A stretch of 63,384 bases of DNA, counting the filler, from Stramenopiles sp. TOSAG23-6 (Eukaryota), in NCBI GenBank assembly GCA_900128565.1. It is 12 parts of 12 records of this genome, joined end to end, with 100 filler letters (N's around TTAATTAATTAA, not from the genome) between each part and the next. Parts side by side here need not be neighbours in the genome. Positions count along the whole stretch, not along the records: positions 1 to 6,626 come from LT636671.1; positions 6,727 to 13,347 come from LT636672.1; 10 more parts are not named here. The stretch is one strand, 5' to 3'. Shown in pieces: positions 1 to 13,257 of this stretch. The notes under the pieces are model-generated. The model saw nothing but the letters and a program-made list of their open reading frames with translations. It ran no database searches and was not told where the DNA came from. Both the position numbers and the translations under genes were made by a program. Every line of letters begins with the position of its first letter. Position 1 is the stretch's first letter.

Positions 1-53
1 ACAAAATTTCGTATGAAAAATAAATTCGAAATTGAAAAAAAAATAAAACATAC

Positions 54-3000
54 ATGCTTCCCTCAATAGAATGTTTCAACGCAACTTTGGCACCTGCCTC
101 AGCGGCAAGCTCAGCACGAGCTGCGGCAGCTTCTGCTTCAGCCTTGAACTTTTTGCTTTCATTCGCTTTCTGCTCTTCTCGTTGAGCTTTTTGTAAAAGA
201 AGATTTTCACTTCGATGCTGATTTTCGAATGCCCAATTAGCAGCTTGATTGGAATTGCCACTGCTCCGCTCTAATGCTAATTCACAAAATGCCTCAGACA
301 TGCCAATCATCGCAGATAACATCTTTGCATTTTCTTTCATTTGAGGATTTCCAACATCCTCCACTGGGTTACTTTTGATTTCAGATTTTTCTTTTTCGTC
401 TATTCTGGCAGAATTTTGTTTCTGATTCTGAGAAAGAGACAACGAACTATCCTTGTCTTGGCATTGAACTAATTGTAGAGTTATGACGAGAGTTTTAGCA
501 CGCAGTAAAGCTAATTCAAGTCCCGGAACATCAACAGATGTAGGAAGTATTAAATTGGATAAAGGACTTGGCAGAGGAATACTTGCTCGTTCGATTATTG
601 AGCGTAAAAGATTTGGACGTTGAATTAGAAGTGAGTCAAACTTCGAATCACAAGTAGTGTTAAAAGAATCAAGTTGTAACTCCCTTTCTATGCATAATTC
701 CATTACCTTGCATACAGATCTACGCAATTGAGACCATAGTAGTTTCCAAGATGACTTAATGTTTTCATATTTTTCACCATGGTCAACCTGAACATTTTCT
801 TTTAAGCAAACATTACTCGATTCAAAATTATCATTCATCTTATTCTTTATACCTATAGGAAGCTTCATTATTGGGGTTGATAAAATATCATCATTCGAAG
901 TTGAATCCATACCAAATTTAGTACCAGACACTTTTTCACGATATGGTTTGTTTTCTATATTATCCATTTTAATAGCTTCTTCTGCATTTGCTGAAGAATT
1001 CACACACGGTAAAGATGATCGCAATAAAGATAACACAAACGGCATAACGTCATTCAATATATCGTCATGTAATGCGGGACCGCCAGCTTTAATCATCGCA
1101 GGATCAATATATTCACTATTATGAAGATTGCCATCCCACACTACGCCAATACCTCTTGATTCGCGATATGGTTCGTCTTCATCAAGAGGGTGCATGAGAG
1201 TACCTTCCTCCTTATTCACTGGCATAAACGGTGATGAAAGTTGTACACGACCACCCACACGTAAATGTTCGACTAAACCTCCATACACATGTAATACAGC
1301 AATCCCTTTCGTTAAGATTGATATAGATGGCGCATGATCTTTTCTACTATTCGAAAATTTCTCATGGTCGTCTTTATTTCTGAATGCACTATTATTTGTG
1401 GTTTCCCGAAGAGTAGAAAGTAGAAATTCTTTCGTTGACTTTGACCAATCAATGCCACAATTACCATTCAAAAGCAAACGGAAAAACTTACTTGCTTCAG
1501 AAGCACGCTCAAGACATCGTTCACCAATACCACCATCATCCTGTTTCACATAATTCTCTATAAAGTAATCAATAGTTTTTTTCGTATATTTCTTTGATCT
1601 CCGACGTATCGGATGAGACTCACCTGTTTCATCATTGTATTGTAATGCAGATGAAAAATCAATGCCATATAATTTGGAATCTATACAGAGACCTTGGTAA
1701 GCTTTATTCGCTTTAAATGCTTTCTCTAGTTGACAAGATGAATCTCGGTCATACGACTTCCAATCGCCAGTATATTTTTGCCATTCCCAAATAAAGTTTT
1801 GATCGGTATTGTTAGATGTAGATTTACTCGATTTAGATTCAAAATTGTCTAAAAGATAAAGAGACGCTGGAGTAAATTCCAAAGTTTCCCCGTCATCAAA
1901 AGTTACATCAACAGTTCGGCGAAGCTGATTTAAGGATTTGATTTTGCCATTACACCCCGCGCGACTTAGTCGTTTTCGATCAAGCGCTTGTCTTTTTCTA
2001 AGAGATAACTCAAATAAAGCTTTTTTGTCAGATATCTTCGATTTGCTTTTATTCTTTGATGATCGGTCAGGCAAAGACAGAACCTGTTCCCAGTGCCCAC
2101 CAACTCGAGCTCTCAATTCTAATAATGTAGAATAATTTACAACTATCACAGCTTGAGAAGATTTACAAGTTGAAAATTTGAGCCTAGTAAGCGGCGAAAC
2201 AAAATTCTTCATATGCTTACACTTATCTACACGCCCGCCGGATCTAATCGAATCTTTCATACCATGAGTAACGGATGCTTCGACAGCTTTCAGCATGGTT
2301 GAAGATATCACTGAGAATAAATCTGACCACATGTCAAAAGTATTATCGCCTGACTCACATGAAGCTACAAAGAGTCTTGCCTGGCGGGCTCTTTCCTCAT
2401 GATTGGGTGATAAAGGAGAACGCGGAGGCAGGTTCGGGTTAAATGTACGCGGAGACTTTGGCAACGCTGACCTTGGAGGCAACACACATAAAAATAGTTC
2501 CACAACACGTCGCTGAAGTCTACCTGAACCAAAAGTGAACAACTGCAATAAACTGTTGACATTATCAGGCGCAATCGCAAGAACAGCAATACTTCGAGAA
2601 TGAACTGGATATAATAATCTAAGGAGCTCAAAACAATGATCATCAATTCTACTTCTTTCAAAGTCAAATTCTGCGACAGTCAGACATGTTTTACTCGTTT
2701 TATAAGATTCTATCAGCTCTTTTAATTGCTCGGCCCATCGGCGAATCTCAGAATAAACGACTAAAGTAATTTGTTGAGATACTCTACACGACACTGCGTC
2801 TTGTTTATGTTTATAAACATATCCAAATTCATTTGATACCTCGGAATTTTCGCGCTTATTTACTGCTAGTTGTAACAACATCAAACGCAATGTAGTCAAA
2901 GCCATTGGCATAAGAGTATGAGGAAGAGTTGGAGATGGTGTACGTTTTTTCATTTCGTGGACGTTTGGCCGAGTAACACAATTTTCAGCCAAAGCATTCG

Positions 3001-6000
3001 TTGAAGCATTACTTTTTGAATTCATAGTTGTCAAATTACTTCCAATAGAAGGTTCGCCTAGATGTTCAAGTTTTTGTGCCAGTACAGCCAATAGCCCAGT
3101 TTCCTCTGGTACAGACCTAGATATAATAGGAAAAAGACCCCAAAGTGCCATTGCATGTTTTTGTATTGAAATGGTATTATCGTTGTTAATAAATGATACA
3201 AGAGCACCTAATAATTTGTTCCATGATGAAAAAACTTCAAAAGAAATTTTAGGATCACACAAAGGGAGGTCCGATAAGACTCCGCGACAATCAAACTTCA
3301 CTAAATGTGTATTTCTAAGAAATACAGAATCTCTTGAATACGTGCCATTTTCACTGTCTGCTCTTTGGATCATAGAGGCGTTCATTTTTACATCCGATAT
3401 AATTTGACCCATCGATGCTCGAATACAACAAAATAAAGGCTCAACGGCCAACGGACCACCAACTAAAAAAAACGATCTAGCTGCTTGAATTCCAGCAGAA
3501 CGACGCACACCACGAGCAGTAGATAAACGTTGTAGATGTTGTAACGACAAAGTGGGCAATACATCAGGAGATGTGATGAATGATTGAATTGCTTCCAATA
3601 TTTCACAGCGATGTTTGAATGTATACAAATTTTCACTTTCTTCTACATATATTTTCTTTACAATAAGATCTTTATCATCATCAAGATAATCATTTTTAGG
3701 CTCTGACCACCAATTATCTATTAAACTATCTAAAAAGGCAACACGCAAAAGAACAGGTTCAATGAGTGAAGATACAGCTGGAGGATGCTCGCCAATATGC
3801 AATTTTGACGTCAAAGTTTGTTTTCGTAAATAAATAGTTTTTTTGACTACCAAAGAAAAGTTCCAAATTTGCATTACAATACTTGATGGTCTTTTTGAAA
3901 TGAGTTCCTCATCATTTTCCTCAGAATTTTCTTTAGCTAATATATTAGAAATTTTNCGGAAGAATCCAACAAGCTGAAAACGTTTCATGGCCAATATGAC
4001 TATTTCTCTGCATAGTCCTTTCATTTCAGAACCACCAAAACGACGTAACCCGAGATTTTCTCTAGAGTGGTTTTTAAACCACATTTCCAACGGACAATTT
4101 CCAGATCGAAATTGAGATAAAAACACTTTATTCTTTTCATCAACATCANATACTTGTTTCTTCTCACTATTAAAACTATTTACATTATTTGATGCATACA
4201 AATCAGGCAACAATGGATATCTCAAGCTATGGCAACACTTTGCCAATGAGATTTGAGTAACACCTTTTTGTCTGACAAAAAAAAGTTCATCATCCACTAA
4301 TTTGTTTATCAAGTTTCTTTCACTATCTATAATAGATGTTGTGGCAACAGATGCCTTGATCATATTATTTATAACACCACTAAAAGCGCAACCCACCGCG
4401 GATTCTAAAAAATCAAATGATTGCTCACCAAATGCACTGATTACTTTACTGTTGCGTGAACTCTTTATATAAGATAATTGTGATGCTAATAACGATAATT
4501 GTGGCAAAGAAGTTACCGAAACATTATCAGATAACTCATCAAAGTGAATGTATTTTGGAAAAATATTTCAAAGAAAATCGTTAGGTACAATTTTTCGTAC
4601 GAAAAATAAATTCGAAATTGAAAAAAAAAATAAAACATACATGCGAAGTACCAAAAGCGCTACACTACAAAATTCAAATGACACTTCTGCAGATCGTATG
4701 AGATTCATAACAGTCACGTTCTTTTTAGTTTCATCACTTAGTTTGTCTTTCGTTTCGGGTGATGTAATATTTTCTACACAATTAGATTGATTTGCGAAAT
4801 CATACTTATCAGAAATATCTACAAGAGATTTCATCATATTTAGAATTTCAGCAACAATTAGTCCAGCAAAACGCACAATAGAGGACACACACGCCAGTTT
4901 GAGAGAACTTTCGCCCCTGAGAGGTATCATTTTTAATAATGTAAATAATATTACACGGGGAAGTCTCAAATAAGAGGAGCATTGTTTTGTGTCTTTTCCT
5001 GTTTTTGCTTCTTTCGATGTTTTGGATACTTTTTCGCTTGTCGTTGTATTGTCAAAATTTCTAACGCTATTCAAAGAAAATTCAAATTCAGAACAAACAT
5101 GCTTCGTATTTGCCCGAATAAGAACTGTAAGAAGTTTGTAGAGATTATCAGTTTCCAATAGATATATCGATTGAGGAATGTTGTTACCTTTTTTCTTATT
5201 TTCTAAAATTTTGTTTTTGTCATAATNTTTTTCCATTGTATCAGAAATCGTCGCAACATCAGATGTACCAGATATTCCATTTTTACTCACGACACGAAAC
5301 CAAGATGTATTTTGGAAAAATATTTCAAAAAACAAATTGTTAGGTATAAAATTTCATACGAAAAAAAATTGGAATTTGAAAAAAAAAAAAACATACATGT
5401 TTTCCCATTGATAAATTTAGAAACCCAAAAAGATTTAACACCTAAAATATCTTTTTCATTCAATTTTGCAGAAACAATTTTTAACCAATGCGGGTTTATT
5501 GGATCTTCGTACGCTGATATAACTGTACCATTGGTAAATTTTGTTTTAGAAGAAGACTTTTTAGATGGACTCGAGCGGACGGTGCTATGAAGTTTTAGAG
5601 TTTTTAGTTTCCATTGGCAAATTTTTGACCAGCCTCCTAACAAAAATCTTAGATCATCCGTTTTCCACCAAGGTTCCATCAGTTGGGATATGTGTTTCGA
5701 TGTAGCATACAATTTAGCCACAGATGCATGTACCATAGGTATTTCAAGTATTTCAGTAATATTTTCAATATTGGCTCGACTACGAATTAAATTAAATTCT
5801 AATTTAGATGTACTACTCGATGATTTTTTACGCTTTTTTGTTTCTAATGGCAAATTTGTTTTTTTTAAAGAAATCTTTGAGATAGAATCTTGACCAATGT
5901 AAAGTAAAAAAATATTTGTTTTAAGTAAAAATTCATTAGGTACAAAATAATTTTGCAAAACATTAAAAGAATAAAATTGAAATATGTGAGAAAACGTACA

Positions 6001-6626
6001 TATATACATTCTCATTCACAACTTTCCGTAAGCTTTCCAATTCTACATTTGATATTTCTGTATTAAAATCAGCTGCGACACAATCCGGAGTCTGCGTAAT
6101 TAATATTCTATATTTACCACAACTATTAATAAACTCCATTATTTTACAACGTACCCATATGTGCTGTTCATTTTGATTATCATCATTATTCATCAAGAGT
6201 TTAAACTCAGCGACTTCATCTACTTCATAGAAATGAAAAGTATTGGATGTAGAAACACTACTATTACCAATAGAAGCAACAGTTTCATTTTCTTCATGAT
6301 TATTTTTAATTATCGATGACGTAACTGGGACTGATTCATTGACTTCTTCAAGGAGACTTCCACCTGGAGGTGGACCAGTCTCAAGACGTATCCAACAATC
6401 ACCATCATTGAATTGAATTTCATTATTACACACTTTTACACTATACTTGACCTGATCATTTTCCAGCCATGTCGCATTCAACCCATCCGATTGTAACACA
6501 ATTCGAGCCCACACCCGAGAGCCTATCTGTGCGTGTCTCACAATGTAATAACGTTCTCCATTGTTTTTCGATCGTGGTGAATGATCTATAAATATACTAG
6601 CGACAGCGACACCATCAATGCCACTA
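54..6626 (-). CDS. Giant protein fragment with UBA-like domain, possibly a HERC/HECT-type E3 ligase (partial at both ends; exons 6000-6626, 5397-5896, 4641-5304, 54-4547)
   Basis: Three track ORFs and a long frame running off the window edge are joined in frame by GT-AT introns. UBA-like AKMLSAMIGMSEAFCELALERSSGNSNQAANWAFEN lies near 220-330. GGLVEHLRVGGRV is reminiscent of HERC-family proteins. The long exon was checked at its ends, not codon by codon. Confidence 0.6.
4548..4640 (-). other. GT-AT intron (93 nt)
   Basis: CGCAT|GTATGT...TACCTAAC...AATACAT|TCAC; contains an in-frame stop; join gives LRIHFDEL. Confidence 0.8.
5305..5396 (-). other. GT-AT intron (92 nt)
   Basis: ACAT|GTATGT...AATACAT|CTTGG; joins ORF 5287..6015 to ORF 4568..5335 (GKTSWFRV). 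Confidence 0.85.
5897..5999 (-). other. GT-AT intron (103 nt)
   Basis: TATAT|GTACGT...TACCTAAT...TTTACAT|TGGT; joins ORF 5963..6541 to ORF 5287..6015 (NVYIGQDS). Confidence 0.8.
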
Positions 6627-6726
6627 NNNNNNNNNNNNNNNNNNNNNNNNNNNNNNNNNNNNNNNNNNNNTTAATTAATTAANNNNNNNNNNNNNNNNNN
6701 NNNNNNNNNNNNNNNNNNNNNNNNNN
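6627..6726. other. Artificial 100-nt contig linker (N run + TTAATTAATTAA + N run); also at 13348, 20052, 26746, 33419, 40090, 46745, 53393, 60040, 61155, 62270
   Basis: Identical six-frame-stop spacer each time; contig lengths never increase (6626, 6621, 6604, 6594, 6573, 6571, 6555, 6548, 6547, 1015, 1015, 1015). Confidence 0.98.
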
Positions 6727-6814
6727 ACAAAAAAATCGAATTTTTTTTTCGTACGAAATTTTGTACCTAACAATTTTTTTTAGATTTTTTTAAAAATATT
6801 TTTCCAAAATACAT

Positions 6815-7167
6815 GTCGAATGCTGATAAAGATATTGGTACATCATTCAATATCCTCGATCCAGATTCTGATGGCATTGCTTCTCTAGCAGAAGTTGAAC
6901 GGGCTGCGTCGTCTGTTTTAAAAGATGTAAATTCGAGGGATATGTACGTTTTTTTTTTTTTTTTTTTTTGTAATTGTTTTTTTCATACGAAATTTTGTAC
7001 CTAACAAATGTTTTAGAATTTTTTTTAATATTTTTCCAAAATACATGGAGAAAGTTATGAAGTTACTTGACCCAGATGAGGATGGTTTAGTTTCAAAGGA
7101 AGAAATTGAAAATATTTTAGATAAACTTAGAGACAAAGAAAACAAAGAAAAACCTCAGGATCCATAA
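6815..7167 (+). CDS. C-terminus of a paired EF-hand protein (exons 6815-6943, 7047-7167)
   Basis: EF loops DPDSDGIASLAE and DPDEDGLVSKEE are joined in frame after removing intron 6944-7046; preceded by a truncated intron 6727-6814. Confidence 0.75.
6944..7046 (+). other. GT-AT intron (103 nt)
   Basis: GATAT|GTACGT...TACCTAAC...AATACAT|GGAG; use of the next AG (7050) gives a stop within four codons. Confidence 0.85.
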
Positions 7168-7412
7168 ATAAAAAGTATCAAAGAAAACACAAAGAAAACA
7201 CAAAGAAAACAAAGAAGAACCAAAATAACCAAAAGAACCAAAAGAACCAAAAGAACCAAATAGATAGGATATGTATTGTATTGTAGTAAAACGATATTTC
7301 CCAGAGTTTTGTTGATTTGTTGAGAAAATATAACATTTATTGAAATTTTTATTGGTCGATAAAATATACTAAATAAGTTTCTATATATTTTTCTATATGA
7401 GATAGATAGAAT

Positions 7413-10400
7413 TTACTTCCCATTGTCAGAATCTATTTTAATTGAAAGCTGTTTTCGAATTTTGAAAGAATTTGTTTTATTTTTTGTTGTTTTTGTTGTT
7501 TTTGTTGTTTTTGTTTTATTTTTTGTTGTTTTTGTTTTATTTTTTGTTGTGTTTGTGTCAATATCAATGATGTTTTCATTATCATTTGTTGTACTTTCTT
7601 TGTAGTCTTTACTTAGTAAGGAAGAAGAAACATCATCTTTGAATATAGCATCTCGTGTTTCATTACTTTTTTGTCTTGCTTTCTCATTCTGAAAATGTTT
7701 TTTATTCTGCTCTCCATGTGTTTTGAAAAAATATTTCAAAAAAAATTAAAAAAATTTGTTAGGTACAAAATTTACTATAAAAAAAAATGTAGACAAAAAA
7801 TTGAAAAAAAAAAAAAAACATACATACACCATATTAGCAGCACTTTGCAAACGTATTAATAGCTTAAACCCAGCAATCCAGTTATCGCGCTCTGTCTCCG
7901 TATAATACACTATATGAAATATTACATCATCTTTTAGTATAATTGACAAATATAAGTTTTCATCAATGTTTCTCACAACCTTGCCTTTTTTTTTTACTTG
8001 TATTTCAGAGAATTCAGGAGATTTTTTTCCCTGGATAATTTGGACAATATCATTCACTGGCATAGATTTATTGTACAAATCTTTGACATTTCCTTTCGAC
8101 CAATGTAAGCACCAACTACTACTACATTGACCAGATGTATCATTTTCAGTTGCGTCAAGATTACTTGGGGCAACCCAAATGTATCTAGAATGAAATTTTA
8201 TTTCTTGACCCATCTTTTTTTCTACTGCGCATCCTTTAAGGATACTTTTCAATGCTTTCTGTTTGCTTTCATTTAATTCGCACAAATTTGTTAAATCTGT
8301 CAAAATTTTTTCCATTTGAATCCTTGGTAATAGAGCTTCAGGATTACACTTCCGTTTATACATTCTCTGTTTTAGTAACCATGAAAACATTCGACTCGTA
8401 GTTTGAGATTTATTTTTGGAATGATTTTTATTCGATGGTTTCGGGATACTACCAGTACTTCCAACAGAATCAGTGCTATCCATACGTTCAATATTTACTA
8501 CATCTTTACAATCGTTACTCTTTATACCTTTAATAATTTTTCCATTTTCGATATTTTTTTTCATAGTAAATTTTGTACCTAACAATTTTTTACTTTCATT
8601 TTCTGTATTTTCTGTATTTTTTGTATTTTCTGTATTTTTTGTATTGACGACACTATTTGGACAATTTTTATCACTTGTACTACCCGCAGTATCAGTTGTA
8701 GAAATATCTGTAGTTAGTGCAAAAAAACTTTTATCTTTTCTTGTAGGAGTCTTTAACGTACGAAATCTACTTGCAACTAAAGACCAACGATCTCTAGCTT
8801 TTCCTACAGCTATTCGTCCAAGGCATGTATTGTGAAAAAATATTTCAAAAAAAAAAAATATCGTTAGGTACGAATTTTTCAAAAAAAAAAAACTTGGAAA
8901 AAAAAAATTGAAAAAAAAACCTACACTGTTGACAGACACATGAACCACCAATATTACACGAAATACTACATGAAACCTTACCGTGTTGACTACAAAAGAC
9001 ATCATTGCACATATAACAATAATGTACTCGCTTACCCCAAAATTTAAAAGAAACGTTGCATGTATTACAGACATTGGCTACAAACTGAGGGGAGTCAGGA
9101 ACTAGAGGATCGGATTTCAGTGATGCTGTTTTTCTATTACGAATCGTGTAATAATAATAACCAAATCTCACGGTCAATAGTATAGACATACAGAAAACAC
9201 ATAATTGTATCACTTGAAAAGTCATTTCAATCGATGTTGCAATGAAATTAAAAATTGCCCAAGGATTAGTTGACGAAATTTCTTCCATTGAGATTATTGT
9301 GTCATTAGGGTTAGGGCTATCTTCAACACTAATCGATCCTTGGGTCAAAACATTTGAAATACTATTCCCTGATTGGCATATTTCAGATTCTCTGCGTTCA
9401 GTGTTTCTTTCAACACTTCCAGGAATGAAACATTGTTTTTCGGGTGGATCACATTCATCTACTCGTGCTGTATCGCATGAAGTCACCATTGTCCAGTCAC
9501 TACCACCGGCCATATTCCACACTTGCACCCGAAAGTCGTACGAAACGTCTGAAGCTAAATTTTTACACAAAAACTTTAAACTTTCTGTTCCCTTTACTGA
9601 TAGCACACGCCACGTGGCATTACTTGGATCATCATCAGAATCAACTTGGACTCTATAAGTGTGAAGGGGTAAACCATGAGGTTTCCGAGATGGAGGAGTC
9701 CATTTAAGCAAAATTTCACCGCATTTTTTAGGAATACAGACAAGCGAAGCAGGTTTTGCTGGAACATCAGCAATTCCCATAGATCGAATTTTGATTCCTC
9801 GAAGTAATTTTATACGGTCTAATTTTGACTCAATTTGAAGTTCTTCTTTTAATGCTAATCCATTTTTTTCCATCAAAAGTGGAAAATCAAATCCAGTTAT
9901 GGCATGATTTCGAAATATTTCAGCATATTTTGGGAGCTGTACAGCAAACTTCACCCAGTCTACGACTTTCTCTACGGTCAATAAATGTTCTAAATTAGTC
10001 ATAAATGTCCTAACATCAGATTTTCCAATATTTGAATCCGAGTCATCTCTACTTTCAAGATTTTCAAGCATTTGTGATACAGCATGATCAATTTCTTCCG
10101 CTTCATCAAAATTACTTCCACCTAACGCGGCCACAATTTCTCGAACTTCATGCTCCTCAATTTTCCCATTACTATCCGTGTCAACAGAGTCAAAAACTGA
10201 GTCACTTGCATTCATTGAAGCGAGGAGCCGATCTCCAGGTATATTAGTTACAGTTCCCAACGTGGATTCAATACATAAATATAGACACATTATTGATAGG
10301 ATAAAATTATAGTTTAAAGAGTATACACCTAAATGACGTTGACATTGTTTCTTTTCAAATGGGTTTGTCATTATTCCAAGAGATCCAATAATTTCGTCGC

Positions 10401-10422
10401 TATGCAAAGAATAAGTTCCCAC
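7413..10422 (-). CDS. STIM-like EF-hand/SAM + FN3 + TM + FYVE-like zinc finger + PH-like protein (exons ~10422-8925, 8824-7824, 7715-7413; start uncertain)
   Basis: EF-hand DTDSNGKIEEHE; SAM TVEKVVDWVKFAVQLPKYAEIFRNHAITGFDFPLL; FN3 YDFRVQVWNMAGGSDW; hydrophobic helix; CxxC..HYCxxC..FCxxH..CxC..C; PH-like ERDNWIAGF. Confidence 0.75.
7716..7823 (-). other. GT-AT intron (108 nt)
   Basis: GTGTAT|GTATGT...TACCTAAC...AACACAT|GGA; in-frame stop inside. Confidence 0.75.
8825..8924 (-). other. GT-AT intron (100 nt)
   Basis: CAGT|GTAGGT...TACCTAAC...AATACAT|GC; join reconstitutes the last Cys of the finger (CVCQQCLGR) and switches to the downstream ORF frame. Confidence 0.85.
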
Positions 10423-10801
10423 TAAGAACAGGCTACACGAATACCATAGAAGATTGTACTACGATCTCTATTACAGCTTGCTAATCCATGAGAATGACGA
10501 TAGACAATACCACTGTCTACTCTCCTAGCTAGAATTGAAGATATTCAATAAAGGTTTTGTGTGAGAGATAGATAGACACTAACCCGAAACCTAAGAAAAT
10601 TCGAAGAAACGTTGCAGTGCAATGATAGTATAGGGTTAGGGTATGACGTCATAATTTTTCATATTTCGTTTTTTTTTCTTCATATTTCGTGTTTCAATTC
10701 AGTCCAGCTCGAATGTTCACAAGTCTTTTTCGTTGTGTCCGTCTTGCGGGTTTCGCCCGTCTCTATTGCTTCTTCAAGTCGACTAAACTAATCTATTCAA
10801 A

Positions 10802-11170
10802 ATGGCAAAAGGAGACCAACAGCGTCGCACTAAATCGGCTGAAATCGTCAGCCGTGATTACACAATCAATCTTCACAAACGCCTTCACCGTGTTGGCTTC
10901 AAGAAGAAGGCTCCACGTGCTGTCAAAGAATGCAAGAAATTCGCAACTCTTCACATGGGAACCAAGGATGTCCGTATTGACGCTCGTCTTAACAAATTTC
11001 TCTGGTCTAAAGGTATCCGCAATGTGCCATACCGTGTCCGCGTACGTTTGTCCCGCAAGCGTAACGAAGATGAAGAATCTAAGGAATCTTTGTATACCTT
11101 GGTTCAGTTGGTTGAAGTTCCAACCTTCAAAGGACTTCAAACTGAGACCGTTGATGAAAATGTCGAATAA
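10802..11170 (+). CDS. RPL31: 60S ribosomal protein L31 (eL31)
   Basis: [12 protein letters not shown]...[11 protein letters not shown]...[28 protein letters not shown]; intronless. Confidence 0.97.
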   Translation: MAKGDQQRRTKSAEIVSRDYTINLHKRLHRVGFKKKAPRAVKECKKFATLHMGTKDVRIDARLNKFLWSKGIRNVPYRVRVRLSRKRNEDEESKESLYTLVQLVEVPTFKGLQTETVDENVE

Positions 11171-11731
11171 ATGACTCGTTTATAAGAATGTAATATAGTA
11201 AATATACATTAATTAGTATGGCTTGCTGTGCTAAATTGTTATATGTACTATATTACTGACTTGTAGTGAGCTGTTTTTAGTTATATTTTACGATAATGTT
11301 ATCGCAAAATATGGCTCTATTTCAAAGACTTTGAATTAGGCACCGGGTAACCATGGAGACTTGTCATCTCTTGCCTGGTGGTAAGACGACCTGTTATATT
11401 AAGAACTCTGTTCTGATACATAGGCGCTGGCAAACAATAAAACAAATTGAAAAAATATTGGTTTTTAAAGTATTGTATGATTTCGAGATTGTGATTTACA
11501 TTTTGTTTTTTTTTTGTTTTTTACTCATTGTCATGTGTATACCCGGTAACACTTGTAACTGACAAATTTATTATTTTTTTTGTAGAATACTACGACTATT
11601 TATTGTGTAAAGAATCATCATTCTTTAGAAAAATAGTCCAAATTTATATACCTGAGCACTAAAAATACATATCACTAAACCTTATAATGTTATAAACTAT
11701 TCCTCGTTAGTTATTTACATTGTATACAAAA

Positions 11732-13257
11732 ATGCCAAGTGGAAGGGGTACATTATCAACACCTGAGACAGACGTTGAAACCAAGGAAAACTTCGCACGT
11801 GTAAAGGATAAATTGACATCTCCTGATGTTGCTCTACTTGCTGCTGCAGCTGCGGCAATCAGTTCAAGTCCAGAACCACAAGCCGAACCTGATAGTGCAT
11901 TTGATAATGCTTCTAATGATTTTGAAGATAACATGTTACCTCTCCCACTACCAATCCGAATACATCCTCCACCAACACCCTCTTCAGGATTATTATCACC
12001 AAAGCGGACATTTTTAGCATTAGATCTTGGCAGTGCGAGAGAGAGTAGAGGACGATTAAGAAGTCTTTCTCAATCAAAAATAGGAACTATTCCACCAAGA
12101 GATAGTCGTTTTAGTATAAAGAGGAAGAAAACACCACCACAAAATATGACTTCATCAAATGATATTTTCCGTAAAAAAACAAAAATGCAACGATGTATAG
12201 TTCCAGTTGATGTAAATTTTCGTATTACAAAAGTACGGGAAATAAATGCTATTCGAAGTCAAGTCGATTTAACTTTTACTGTACTTCTACGATGGCTTCC
12301 GAATGATGTTTTCTTTGAAAAAGACGAAATTGAAATGCGAAAGATAGGAAAGAATAAAATATACAGAAAACACGTACGTTTTCATCATGAATTTTTTACC
12401 GTACACTTTTTTCATACGAAATTTTGTACCTAACGAAGTTGTTTTTACTAAAAAAAAAATATATTTTTTCACAATACATTCTTCTAGCATGAATGTTCTT
12501 CATGAAGATATAGATAAAGAAGATGACGATAATGTACTTTTACATAGTCAGAATAGTGCGTCAAATGCTCAAAATGATCAAAACAAAGATTTGATTGATC
12601 AGAAAAATGAGATGACTAGGAATACTATTGACAATTCGACTAAAAGTAAAGTTCTCTCTGAGGATAAACAGACAATTATACCTTCAATTTCGAATAGTAA
12701 AAACTCAGCCAAGGGTAAAAATAGTGGATATGATGAAAAGATTTTGACTGATCGATCTAGCTCTCATGCCTCTGTAATTTCTTCAGTGTCTGTAACGCCG
12801 CCAGAATACGCAACTGTTGCAGTTATGTATGTTTTTTTTTTTTTTGTATGATTTTTTTTTTCGTACGAAATTTTGTACCTAACGATATTTTTTTTTTTGA
12901 AATATTTTTCCAAAATACATGTACCTTTTGACTCTTCTAATACGCTAAATGAAAAACAACTAAAGAAACTTAATCATGACGGTGGTGCGTGGTGGATACA
13001 AAAAGCTGCAAGAGCTGTGGTCAATTATTTGTTTTATAAGAAAAAAACAGAAAACAAAAAAAAGACAATGATTTTAAAACAATTTATTTCTGAAGATACA
13101 GAAATTTATGATCAAAAGGAAAACAAAATTGTAGCAGCTGTAACTTTTTCCAAACAGTTATCCAAACAGTTACCTCTATCAATCAACACATTACAAGGAT
13201 ATATTCATCAAACACACGTTGATTATAGAGCCGGTGGGTATTACATAAACAAAGCAT
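11732..13257 (+). CDS. Hypothetical protein(s); exons 11732-12373, 12480-12826 and 12921-13257 (the last may belong to another gene)
   Basis: Open frames separated by GT-AT introns. VPVDVNFRITKVREIN...TFTVLLRW is weakly reminiscent of a Cys-loop channel N-terminus. There is a phase mismatch at the second intron. Confidence 0.45.
12374..12479 (+). other. GT-AT intron (106 nt)
   Basis: CAC|GTACGT...TACCTAAC...AATACAT|TCT; joins ORF 11720 to ORF 12387. Confidence 0.8.
12827..12920 (+). other. GT-AT intron family copy (94 nt) with mismatched flanking phases
   Basis: Full consensus is present, but the phase-2 donor meets a phase-0 downstream ORF. Confidence 0.6.

Noticed and set aside
76-5893. 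Short ORFs in the track antisense to or overlapping long genes (here and throughout)
   Set aside because: Shadow frames or intron read-through, with no independent coding signal.
4548-5999. Ciliate-like DNA elimination (IES) or inert MITEs in pseudogenes
   Set aside because: Strict sense orientation, donor and branch motifs, and intact conserved exons favour RNA splicing; not formally excluded without transcripts.
6627-6726. TTAATTAATTAA motif recurring about every 6.7 kb
   Set aside because: Artificial linker inside N runs; gene adjacency across linkers is meaningless.
7180-7560. 9-bp microrepeats (AAGAACCAA, TTTTTGTTG; similar at 8598-8645, 38404-38480, 60338-60372)
   Set aside because: Simple slippage repeats in UTRs and low-complexity coding tails.
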